Assembly (NCBI GenBank): GCA_001724265.1 | Contig: MEDY01000330.1 | Location: forward strand, 1 to 47,497 | Direction: 5' to 3' | DNA length: 47,497 bases | From: Rhizaria sp. SCN 62-66 | Lineage: Eukaryota | Position numbers and translations under genes: made by a program | Shown here: positions 10,810 through 20,956 of the stretch, in pieces | Numbering within the stretch: the stretch's first letter is position 1 | Layout of the letters: every line of letters starts with the position of its first letter | The notes under the pieces: model-generated | What the model was told of the DNA's origin: nothing | Database searches by the model: none | The model's input: only the letters and a program-made list of their open reading frames with translations

Positions 10810-13467
10810 TCACCCGAACGGAGCGTACGATATCGTTGACGCCGCATGCTTTTTGCTTTCGCGACTGCAAGTTCCGAGCTGAGCAAATGACTCGAACCAC
10901 GCCCTCATTTCGCCGTCAAACGGCGGCATCTCGTCGGAGGAGTGTTCGCCAGCGCCACCATCGCTCGCAACCTCGCCTGCCCGTGCGCACTCGCGCACGT
11001 GGCCCACCGGCACAGCGCCCCGCAGCAGTGCCGCAGCGCAGGACTTAAACGCGATGTAATAGGGAATGGCCGAGCACGATTGCGGGGCCACCGTGCGCGG
11101 GACAAACAGCACCGTGCCGGGCGGGTACACCGTTGCAGTCTCGGCGGCATCGTCCTGCGGCGGCACGGTGTACTCGCCGTAGAGCGTGTCCCGCAGTGGT
11201 AGCGAGATCGGCATCGACGCGCACGGAATCGCCTCGCTGCCAGAGTACACGGTGACAAATGGCAGCTGCGCATGCGGCGTCGAACAGTCAGCAGGCGCAA
11301 AGCACGCGTGCACGTGGCTTCCCAACGCCGACTTCTGAGCCGCGACGGCGAAGTGCGCTGCGTGGCACGGCAGCACGCCTGCGGGAAACCGGATCACAAA
11401 AGTCCGCTTAACGCGGTCGCGCGTCCTGGCGTTGTACAGCTCGGCATGCATCGTGACCTGCCGCTCCAGCTTCTTTACGCGCTGGCTCGCCAGAATGCTC
11501 TCGCGCGCGCGGCACTGCAGCAGCGCCAGCGCCGCGGCGGTCGGCCCGGCCGCCGCAGCAGGCAGTGGCGGGTGAGTAACTGCAGTGTACTCGTGCGCGG
11601 CCGCGGAGTACTTGTACAGCGGAGGGTATCCCGCGCGCGCCAGTCCGTGCGCAACGAGAGCGTCCAGTGCGTTTTCCCAATCGACGAACGACTGGGTGAA
11701 TTCCCGCGCCTCAACCGCGGCCTCTGCCGCAGCCGCCGCCGTCGCGAGCTGCGCTGGAACAGTGGCGTCGTTGCCGCCGGTCGCCGTTGCAGTTAAACCG
11801 GCGCGTTCGAGCACAGGCAGCAGTTGCTGCAGCTCCTGTGACACTGGCCCGTCGGCTGTCGTACAGTCAGCTGTCATACAGTCAGCGCAGCGCATCAGTT
11901 CGATGGCTTGGCGCCCTCGTGCCGCAAGATACTCAGCGTTGACCGCGTCAAGAAAACTAGCGTCGCCGTTCTCAGCCGCCGTGGACGCGAGGAGAAGGAT
12001 GCGCCGCAGCACGCTTATCGCGGTGACTGCAATTTCGCCGCTGCCGCTGCCGTTACCTACCCAGAGCGCACATGCCATCACCGTGCGCGCCACAAACGAC
12101 GTCGCTTTACTGTCAACCAAACACTGCAGTAAAACCGCTTTGTAGTCAGCTCCAGCATCGGCGCTGTCCTCTGGCTCTGAGTCCGTGTCCTCTGGGATCA
12201 TAAAAGCGGCGCTGACAACCCCCGCGAGCGTTTGCACTGTATACGACGCAATTTCCCACAACACGGGCAGTTTAACCGCGCTCTGGTCAAGAGCATAGCC
12301 CAGCCGCAGCATGATCTGTGGCACGCCAGCATTTACCGCGCGCTGCGCCAGCGCCGGGGAGACTGAGACGAGGCGCGCGAAGAACGCGTTGAAAACCTTC
12401 CAGTTCTCGTGGCTAACAAAGCGAAAGCGCGAGCTCATCGTTCGCAGACGGACAACGCGGGGCGCGGTAAAGACGCGCTCGACGACGGTGACGTTGCCCA
12501 TCGACGCTGCGAGGCACACGAACCGGGGCACGGTGACGCGCGCGTCGCTGAAGGCATCAAAGTTCCGCAGGACGAACTCGGTTGCGTCACTCGTCGCAAC
12601 GGCCTCAATGTCCGCCGCAAACCGCGCGGGGTCGCTGTGGAAGACGTGGACGAGTGCGGTAAGGGCGGCGCGGATCAGTCCGAACACGACGTCATCGACG
12701 TCATTAACGTCGCCGTCGTCGCCGTCGTTGCCGTTATCGTCGTCGGCGGCGACGTTATCGTTAGCGCGTGGGAGGGCGGTGGCAAGCGCAAGGCGGAGCG
12801 CAGCCACAATTGCAGAGAGACTCTCCGTAGAGAGTAAGCTGGCGCCAGAGCCGGAGCCGGAGTCAGCGGCGGCGGCGGTGGCGGCAGGAGTCATGGTGAT
12901 GGTGGCCACGAGCTCGACCAGCTTGCCGCTCTCCTTAAGCGCCACAGGTGCAGTATCACCGTCGCAGACGAGGAGACAGCGTATGCGTGTGATAATGGCG
13001 TCGAGCACCGCGGGCGTGGCTAAACGCGCGCGTGCGGGTCGGTAATCGCGGGCGAGCTTGATCACCATGTCCAAGAGAGTCAGTTTCACGTTGTGAGGGT
13101 CGCGAGGGATGGCAAGCACGTCACACACGGCCTCAATAGCGCCGCTGTCGAGCAGCGCGGCGCAGCTGTCGTCCGCACGCGTGAAGTGGGTGAGCGTCTC
13201 GGTCACAGCCTGAGCCGTGAGTTTGAGTGCGGCGTACTCGGTTGAGGCATCGCTTGCGGCAACGGGGAGCTGCTTCAAAAGGACGAAGAGGACGTCGCTT
13301 TCCACGCACATCTGGATGCATTTCGCAAAGTCTTTGTCTCCTCGTATGTTCTCGAGAACTGAGCGAAGCCTCTAGACATTGATGTACGTGTGGGGATTAC
13401 ACGAAGGCGAGTTGACAAGGTCAAACAAGCTCGACTGAATCTCCAGAACATTCAGAGGCATAGGCAT
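10810..13467 (-). CDS. ARM/HEAT-like helical-repeat protein carrying the same C-terminal cyclophilin-like module; start uncertain (ATG 13467 with an in-frame TAG at 13374..13372, ATG 13311, or a spliced upstream exon)
   Basis: 833-aa ORF 13311..10810. The N-terminal part has ARM-like motifs (ALLDSGAIEAVCDVL, RAVNAGVPQIMLRL). The C-terminal part aligns by eye with the 7095 gene: DWENALD...LARAGYP, ALALLQCRARESIL, FVIRFPAGVLPCHAAHF, LPFVTV, LYGEYT, YPPGTVLFVPR, LLRGAVPVGHV, PFD. Ends TGA. Confidence 0.75.
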
Positions 13468-13790
13468 GTTCTTTCAAGCGTCTTAGGAAAGTCAGTCGCG
13501 TCAAATGTTGATATCAAGTGTGGCACACACGTGATACTCGTCTTGGTAATCAACCACCCAATACGAGCTACATTTGAGCGATAAAACAGGCACACAAAGG
13601 AGAAAGGTTAGTAGCGTGGTCGTACATTGAATGACTTGCTCGGCAGGATGTCAGTTGAAGCTACTGCTCGTAGTATTTTAGTATGCATATAAAAAATAAT
13701 GTTTTAAACTGGCTCGCTAGTCAGCGGACGCATTGACGATCAAACAACATAGATATCATCTTATGAATTATCTTGCTTGCGGTTTGTGGT

Positions 13791-13815
13791 GGGGGGGGGG
13801 GGGGGGGGGGGGGGG
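13791..13815 (+). repeat. G25 homopolymer in a divergent intergenic region
   Basis: 25 consecutive G between the 5' ends of the minus-strand ARM-like gene and the plus-strand small gene. Confidence 0.9.
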
Positions 13816-13973
13816 CGGTGGTGACGACAGACTGCTGCAAAAAGAAACATCAAGAACGGCGTTATTTAATCGTATATAATGTCAACGACAATGAATCCAG
13901 ATTTACTAGCTTATAACTTGACATCTCACCCTCTTCATTCTCCTTGAATCGTTGTTTTACCTCGACTCGCAGC

Positions 13974-14379
13974 ATGTCCACCCCTTGCGACCTCGCTAAG
14001 CTCGCTGAGCGCATTGCCGCCCTCGAGGCTGCTGCTGTGAAGGCTGAGAAGGTTCGTCCTAACTGCACACTCACGTGTTAATACCTCCAGTGCTTAAACA
14101 TCGATACCCGAGATGTCAGTTCCTACTGCGCCCATCTACGCTTCATTGTTACTTCCTTAACCCACACCTCCTACTTGCATTAGTTCACGCAACAACGCTC
14201 ACTCAACTTTTCTCTCGTGCCCCGCCACTTCTTTTGATCTCCACCTTTAGCTCGCTGCCGAGAACGCCGCTCTTAAGACCGAGAACGAGAAGCTCGCATT
14301 CCGTGTCAATATCCTCGTCCGCTCTCTCAACGAAGTTCAGGGCCGCACCCCCGCCGCCACCAAGAGCAGCACTCACTGA
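13974..14379 (+). CDS. 68-aa coiled-coil microprotein, absent from the ORF track; exons 13974..14051, 14251..14379
   Basis: MSTPCDLAKLAERIAALEAAAVKAEK|LAAENAALKTENEKLAFRVNILVRSLNEVQGRTPAATKSSTH*. Phase-0 intron AAG/GTTCGT...polypyrimidine tract...TTTAG. Strongly biased codons (GCT, AAG, GAG, CTC). Ends TGA. Confidence 0.8.
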
Positions 14380-14601
14380 GCACTCTCATCAGCAGCAACG
14401 CTAAAACATACGAATTAACTTCGATGTGATTCAATGGCCCAGATCTAACAATACATATGTATTCTTTTTTGTTTAAAACTTGTTTTAACGCGCATTTGAT
14501 GCGCGTAATGGCCCTGACAACGCAATAATACGGAGTTGGTTACTGCAGTGGCTTAAATATGACAGGACTGAATGAGCGGCGATCACGACTTGTACCTTCA
14601 T

Positions 14602-15781
14602 TCACTTGTTGCTGCCATTGTCGTTGACGTAGGCGGCGTACGCAGCGTCATCGTCGTCGTCCTGGCGGCGAAGCTTGCCCGCCGCAGCCATGTTCGCGCG
14701 GCTTTAGTCGAGAGCGATTCAACATCGCAGGGAGGAGACCAAAGGAAGATATATAGAACACAATATATGAGCGGACCAATCCAGAAGTGGCACAGAAGGT
14801 TATACACTAAAATTTACACAGAATAATCAATGTTATACTACAATGAACTTGGTATATCCAGACATCTTAGAGTACAATTTCGGAATAGAGTGAAGCAACG
14901 TACTTGGCGGCGAGCGAGGTGGCAAAGTCGGCTGTCTGCTTGCGCGCCGCCAACACGTCGGGGTTCGTCGTGTTGGGGTTGCCCAGCACGGTCTGCGCGT
15001 GGCCGGCGCGCGCGCGCTGCGCCTCGAAGGCCGCGAGCGACGCCGCCGTCGCCGGGGACGGAGGACGTGCTGTGTATGAAGTAAACATAGAAACAATGAG
15101 TCAGTAACGCAGCGGCAGTAACGCAGCGGCAAATTTAGATGCGAGTTGAACCATGGTAGGTGATGTAATAGAGTGATGCAAGTAAATCACCACATATATC
15201 AATAAAACGTGAAAATGCGCAATGATGTAGTATCGTTCGGATTACGTGATATATATGCTGTCAAATCGGTTGTTTAGTGCGAACGTACGGGCGACGAAGG
15301 TGGTGATGCGGTCGGCGATAGTGGTAACGCGTGCAGCGAACGACATCGACTCAGCAAGGTCCTGGCGGATCTCGCGCTCAATGCCCGTGCGGGTCAGCCC
15401 CATCGGGTCGTAAAAATACGTCGCTGAGAGTTGTGGAATGTGGTCACAGGCAGAACAGGAAGGAGACAAGCAAGAACGAGAGTCGAGTGAGGAGGCCGCT
15501 GGTGCGAAAACTTTCGAACGACTACCCGTCATTTTGAGGGTTTAATACGCTAATATCAGAAGTACGCCTATATAATCTACTGGCATATGCCTTAAATGCG
15601 TGGTCTTGTTATTGTGGAGCGGCGACGTACCGAGGGCAACACAGCCGAGGAAGATGCGGAAGCGGTGACGCTGGACGAACGGGATGTGCTTGAAGCCGGC
15701 ATAGTTGGCACCAGAACGAGGGATGAACGCGCCAACAGACCCGCGTCCAAATGGGGGCAAGTCGGGAACCGGGCGGGGCAT
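14602..15781 (-). CDS. ~183-aa hypothetical protein with one probable transmembrane segment; exons 15781..15631, 15423..15289, 15069..14904, 14701..14602
   Basis: Four GC-rich blocks are joined in frame by three introns, each with a GTACGT donor (phases 1, 1, 2). MPRPVPDLPPFGRG...RHRFRIFLGCVALATYFYDPMGLTR...YVNDNGSNK*. The last acceptor is AAG and is less certain. Ends TGA. Confidence 0.72.
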
Positions 15782-16854
15782 CTGTGTACAGGAGGAAATA
15801 GTGATACGGTGAGGGTGTGTGAGACGAGAGCGGAGGCGGGCGGAGAACTGAGCGTCGCGAGCAGAATAGACCATAATGTGACTTTTTGAACGTATACATG
15901 TGACACACTGGAAGTAAAATTAAAGGATGTATGGCAGCGATAGTGCATGTCTCTTTGATACGACAGGTGATGTGATTTTACGACTAGTTAATGTGGTTGC
16001 TTGCTTTGAAGTATCGCACCTTCCAGGGTCTTCTCTCGAAGACTGGCAGCGCTCCAACGGGCACTTCACAAGTCACCGCACTCTTCGATGCCAAAGAGAG
16101 TCTTGAACGATGCTAACTCTGACAAGGTCTTACAGGGGTATGAATCAATACATGACCTGTCACATATCTTAGATTTATTCGATTAGTCATCTGTCTTCAT
16201 CCTACACGCCGGCCATGTCCGCAATGCTCGCTTGAAGCATTTACGCTCGCCTGACACATGCGGAGCAGTGTTACAGCACGCTGCAAACAACTATGCCTGC
16301 TGCTGGTGATATATGCAGGTGTGCCAGTCTTAGACGCGCTTCATCACATATTCTTAACCTCCTCTTAACATCCCAGACGTCCGAAATGGCACCTGGGCAG
16401 TTGCTTATAATATCAACGGCAGAGCAGCTTTATGAAGCGCAGGTTGTACACAGGTTTTTGACATCATATTCAACGTGCACTATATAAAAGCCAGACAACC
16501 TCAACGATACATCGATACACAACGAGTATGCATGCTGATGGGATTGTTTCGAGTTCGTGGTGTCTGTTGCGGACGTCGAGGTCTCCTTTGGCAGCCGAAA
16601 CTTGTCTTATCCATTCACCTCAATACGGCTGTCAAAGTTGCTAATGACACAACTCCGCGATAGGAAATGCGTTTGAATCCTATTTTCAGAATTTAAGCTT
16701 TTTGTATTTGCGTTCTCATTCTTCTGCGCACCAAATACGTCGCCTCACTCCCCACTCTCGTTCTCTCTCCCACCCGCCCCGCCCAGCCCCTCCGTCCCAC
16801 TCTCTTCCTCCAACTTCCCCACGAACCCTTCACTCGCCGCTTTCCTTGCGCCGC

Positions 16855-18440
16855 ATGACTGACCTGGTCGGTTTCCGCCACGTGCTCGTGGTCGGCGCCG
16901 TCAAGACCGGCAAGACGACCCTTCTGGCCAACCTGTGCCACTCGCAGCAAACCGACTACGAACCGACTGTGTACGCGCAGAAGTTCGTCGACACCGAGCG
17001 CAACATCATCTTCATTGATACGCCGGGCATTAAGGACATTGTCCTCACGCAGGGCTCGGGGCTCAACGACCACAACCAGGGCCGTTTCGCGACCTTCGCC
17101 GATGATACGCTCGTTAAGGAGCTGCGCGGCGCGTACCTCGACCAGGATCAGTACCGCTTGCTGGCGGACCCCTACATCTCCAGCAAGATCGTCAACAACA
17201 TGAACTCGATTGACGCCGTGCTCATTGTCTACACGGACGACAAGCAGTCGCAACAGATGGTACGGCAGACCTGGCAAAGCAACACTCATCAGCCGACTCA
17301 TCAAGAAACCGTTCATTTCATATCCTGCACTCTAGAGTAACTTTACTGAAACAACTGGAAGCTAAAACCTAACGATTCTATCAATGCCTTTATAACCCAT
17401 TATAATTCACTATTTTTGTTTCTCTTCGCGTTGATTATATCATCAGGCTAAAGCGCTTCGTTTCCTGTTCCACCGCAAGATCAAGGAGGATCTGGAGCTC
17501 CGCAACGCACGCGCCGCCGCCACGGCCGCGGGTACCGCCGCAAACCAGCGCGAGGCCACCGCCGCCACGGCCACCGCTGCGGCCGCCGCGGCGGACACGT
17601 CCCCGCAGCTGCTGATTTTCACTGTGCGCAACACGGGCGACTTCGACCGCCGCGACGTGTTGGCGTCGTACTTCACTGCGCTCCACGCCAGCACAGCGCA
17701 CGCCGCCGCGGCCTCTGCCGTCGCCGCCGCTAACGTCGCCGCAAACGCGGCGGCCGCGGGCGGCGGCGCGGGCGGCAGCGGTGGCAAGGCGGCCGCGGCG
17801 GCGGCGGCAGCGGCTAGGTCTGCCGGCGGCGCTGGCGACAACATCCAGCTGCCCTTCCAGGAGGACATCGACGCCGTCTACAAGTACGCTTTCCTGCTAT
17901 CGCATCGAACAAAATGACTCCTATGATATATGGAGTTGTGTATTCTATTTTCGATTTGTTATTATGTATTTTACGCTCACTTGTGTTCATTTAACCCTTA
18001 ACCCAACGTGTCATCTCTCTCTCACGGTACTCTTTTTGTTTCCCAACCTCAGCGACGAGTCCGTCGTGGACCAGCGTTTGCGGTTCATCCCCAGCGTGGC
18101 CGTGCCCGACGTGAACGCCATGCGCGAGTCCTCGGTCGAGGAGGCGCTGTTCCGCGTACGCATGGAACTCAAGATGATCCTCAAGGAGGACCCTCGTATG
18201 GCGGACCAGGTACGCATGAAGATCAACAGCACACGTATTAACTCGTGTTTATTTATTATACAACTCACCCAATATGTCATTTCAACCCTCTTATTAATAT
18301 ACGTTCTCATACTTGATGTGTTTGTATCGCTTTTTGCTGTTTTTCTTGTTTGGGGCGTTTCATAGGCGGTTGCGGCGAGCACCAGCATCGACAAGTCTGA
18401 GCGCGAGCAGTGCGGCACCGGCGGCTGCACCGTCGCGTAA
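16855..18440 (+). CDS. Atypical Ras-superfamily small GTPase-like protein with a C-terminal CaaX motif, ~357 aa; exons 16855..17259, 17447..17883, 18053..18209, 18366..18440
   Basis: VLVVGAVKTGKTT (G1), YEPT (G2), FIDTPG (G3), DAVLIVY (beta-4), FTVRNTGD (divergent G4), DVNAM..SSVEEALF (G5 region), terminal CGTGGCTVA*. Three GTACG..AG introns preserve the frame. Ends TAA. Confidence 0.82.
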
Positions 18441-18706
18441 TCAACACACGACTCATTGTCGTGTAATGTACACAGCGTGACTTGGGGCGATCGTGATCCT
18501 GGAATCTCGGTGCATCCGTGTCATCACTGGGGTGGAAGATTAGTTTTAGCGGGGGAAATATAGTAATGAATAGTACAAAAGGTATGCGTTTATTTGGGTG
18601 AAATACGTAATAAATAATAAATAAATAAATCTTTAAAACACTATGTAGCTCGAATAAGTATTAATTTAACGTTAAATTGTTCGAAAGCGGGTATTTAATT
18701 ACAATC

Positions 18707-20332
18707 TCACTCCGGCTTGACCGTAGCCTCTACGCACGCCTTGGCCTCTTTGGCCTTGTCCGCGACCTTGGCTTTGTTGTTGGCGACAGTGCGCCGGTAC
18801 AGCGCCTTGGCCTCCGCAGCGCGCTGGCGAGCGTCGAGCGCGTCGTCGTCGAGTTCGAACCCCAGGCCGAGCGCAAGCCTGTCAATCACGACCACGTCTG
18901 ATGGCTGCATGGGGCGGAACGCGCGCACGCGGGTCATCAGGTCGTTATAGCCCTTTTCGGCATCAGCGCCGGTGTGAGCACCAGCATTACCGACAGAACC
19001 AGTGCCAGCGTTGGCCTCGGCACCACTGCTATCGTTGCTGTACCTCGTGTTGACGCTCTTGACGGGCGAGACAAAGCCGTTGGAGTCAGTCACATACTGC
19101 TGCAGTTGCCTCTGGTTCTATTTCTGCTGCTGTGCCGCATCGTTGGCGCGTTCTTGTTGCTGTTGCAGCTCCATCGAGGCACCGTGGAGCTGGAACCGGC
19201 TGATATCACGCTGCCTCCTGCGCTCTAGCATCGCCTCCACATCAACCTCAATGCTCAGCGAGTCATTTGACACAGAACCAGTGCCCTTGCCTGCAGCTGC
19301 CGTCTTACCGTTGCCAAACACGCCCCCGCCGCCGTTAGCAGCGTTGGCGGCGTCAGAATCCATCTGCTGACCTTGTTGTTCGAGAAGGGTCTCGCTGACG
19401 GCTTCGCGCGCGCGCTCGAACTCGGTGTTCAGTAGGTCGGCCCGGTAGCGCGCGTAGTCGAGCTCGAGGGAGCCGTCGCCGCCTGTGGCAGTGCCGCCCA
19501 GGGCGAGCAGCTCGTCGGCCGCGGTCACGACGTCATCGCTGCTGCTGCTGCTGCGGCGGCTGCTGCTGCTGCTGCTGTTGCTGTTGCTGGGGCTGCGGCT
19601 ATGAGTAGGGTCAGAGGCGGGACTGTGGGCGGGTGGCGTGGGGCGAGGGCTCGCGCTAGAGGCGGCGTGCGCGTCGCTAGCAGGAGCGTTGCTGCTGCTG
19701 TTGTTGTGGTGAGAGAACGAAGATGCGGGGCGCAGGGAGGAAAGACCACCACCAGCCGTCATGCGACTGCTGTTACTACTGCTGTTGCTGTTGCTGCTGT
19801 TTGCGCCAGTTGGTGGATGTGTGGACCGATGCTTGAAGGATTGCGCGGCGCGGAAAAAGAACTCATCGTCAGAGTCCTCCTCGTCTTCGTTGTATGAACC
19901 AGTCTTACTCGCATTCGCTCTCGCACTAGACGCGCTCGCTGCATTAGTGGTTGCTGAAGGCTTTGTCGTGATTGTGACTGAGCCGCTGCTCCTGGCTACG
20001 ACTGAAGATGCGGTTTGGGCGGCAAAGGGCTGCGGTGCTGGTGAAGCGGCACCTGAGACCTTGTCGGTATTACCGCCGCTGGTACCGGGATTTACGGTGC
20101 TGTTGTTTGCTGGAGACGAGCTTGAAGTGCTCATGTGACGGCACGGGTAAGGGTAAGTAAGCAGGACAGAGGCCACGCCACATGTCGTTGCGGTAACCCG
20201 CAGCGGGCCACCCGTAGCGCTCAGTGCTGGGGTTACGGTCGAGTAGGTTGCGAAGGCGCTGGACGGGACCAAAGCGGAGGCTATTGGCACCAGCCGCGTT
20301 GAGAGAGAGCGGAGAGCCCGCGCTGCGCGCAT
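18707..20332 (-). CDS. Hypothetical low-complexity protein with a mitochondrial-presequence-like N-terminus; one frame of ~541 codons interrupted by an in-frame TAG at 19120..19118
   Basis: MRAARALRSLSTRLVPIASALVPSSAFATYST is Arg/Ser/Ala-rich with no acidic residues. ORFs 19118..20407 and 18707..19093 share a frame and read QQQK*NQRQLQQYVTDSNG across the junction, with no intron-like sequence. AT-rich 3' flank starts only after the TGA at 18707. Confidence 0.65.
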
Positions 20333-20956
20333 GGTTTGCCACTTTAAAAAGAGCATTGAAGAAACAAGAGAAAATGAATTAGTAACAAACTGCACGATAT
20401 TGTACAATAATAGTGACTACGTCACTTTTAACGATCAAATGAAGGATTTATAGAAGACTCAATGTTCGCCGTCAGTAGGTGACCGTGAGACGGCTTGTCG
20501 GTCGGTTGTTGCACTCGCATTTGCTGACCGTTCGCAGGAATTCATCCGTGCACAATGCAGGCATCGTACAAACAAATTTAAACTTGATATCATAAATAAA
20601 CTGAATTAGAATCTTAAGTTCATTTAATACGCACTCAAAATAACGATGTTGATGCCACATAAATATGTCAAGAAGTGAGACAGCACCTTGGCTATTTTGC
20701 CTAGGCGCTTCCCTTTCCCCGTCTTCGTCTCACATCATATATGTCTCTCCCTTTCGAGTGCAGACCCCACAGGGCCCTTACCTCGCGTTTAACGTGCCCC
20801 GTTCTGTCCTTGGCTTGCCTGTTGTCAGCCCGGGTATCGCTCTCTGTACAGACGGACACCCGCCACACACCTCGGGCAAGGCGAAATCCACCAACCTGTC
20901 CCCTTCCTTCGACCCTCTGCTGCACTGCAACTACCTCCGCTCCGACTCCGACAAAG

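Noticed and set aside
15950..16690. Short ORFs in the intergenic region between the membrane-protein gene and the GTPase
   Set aside because: No coding-like codon bias, no consistent splice model, no recognisable motif.
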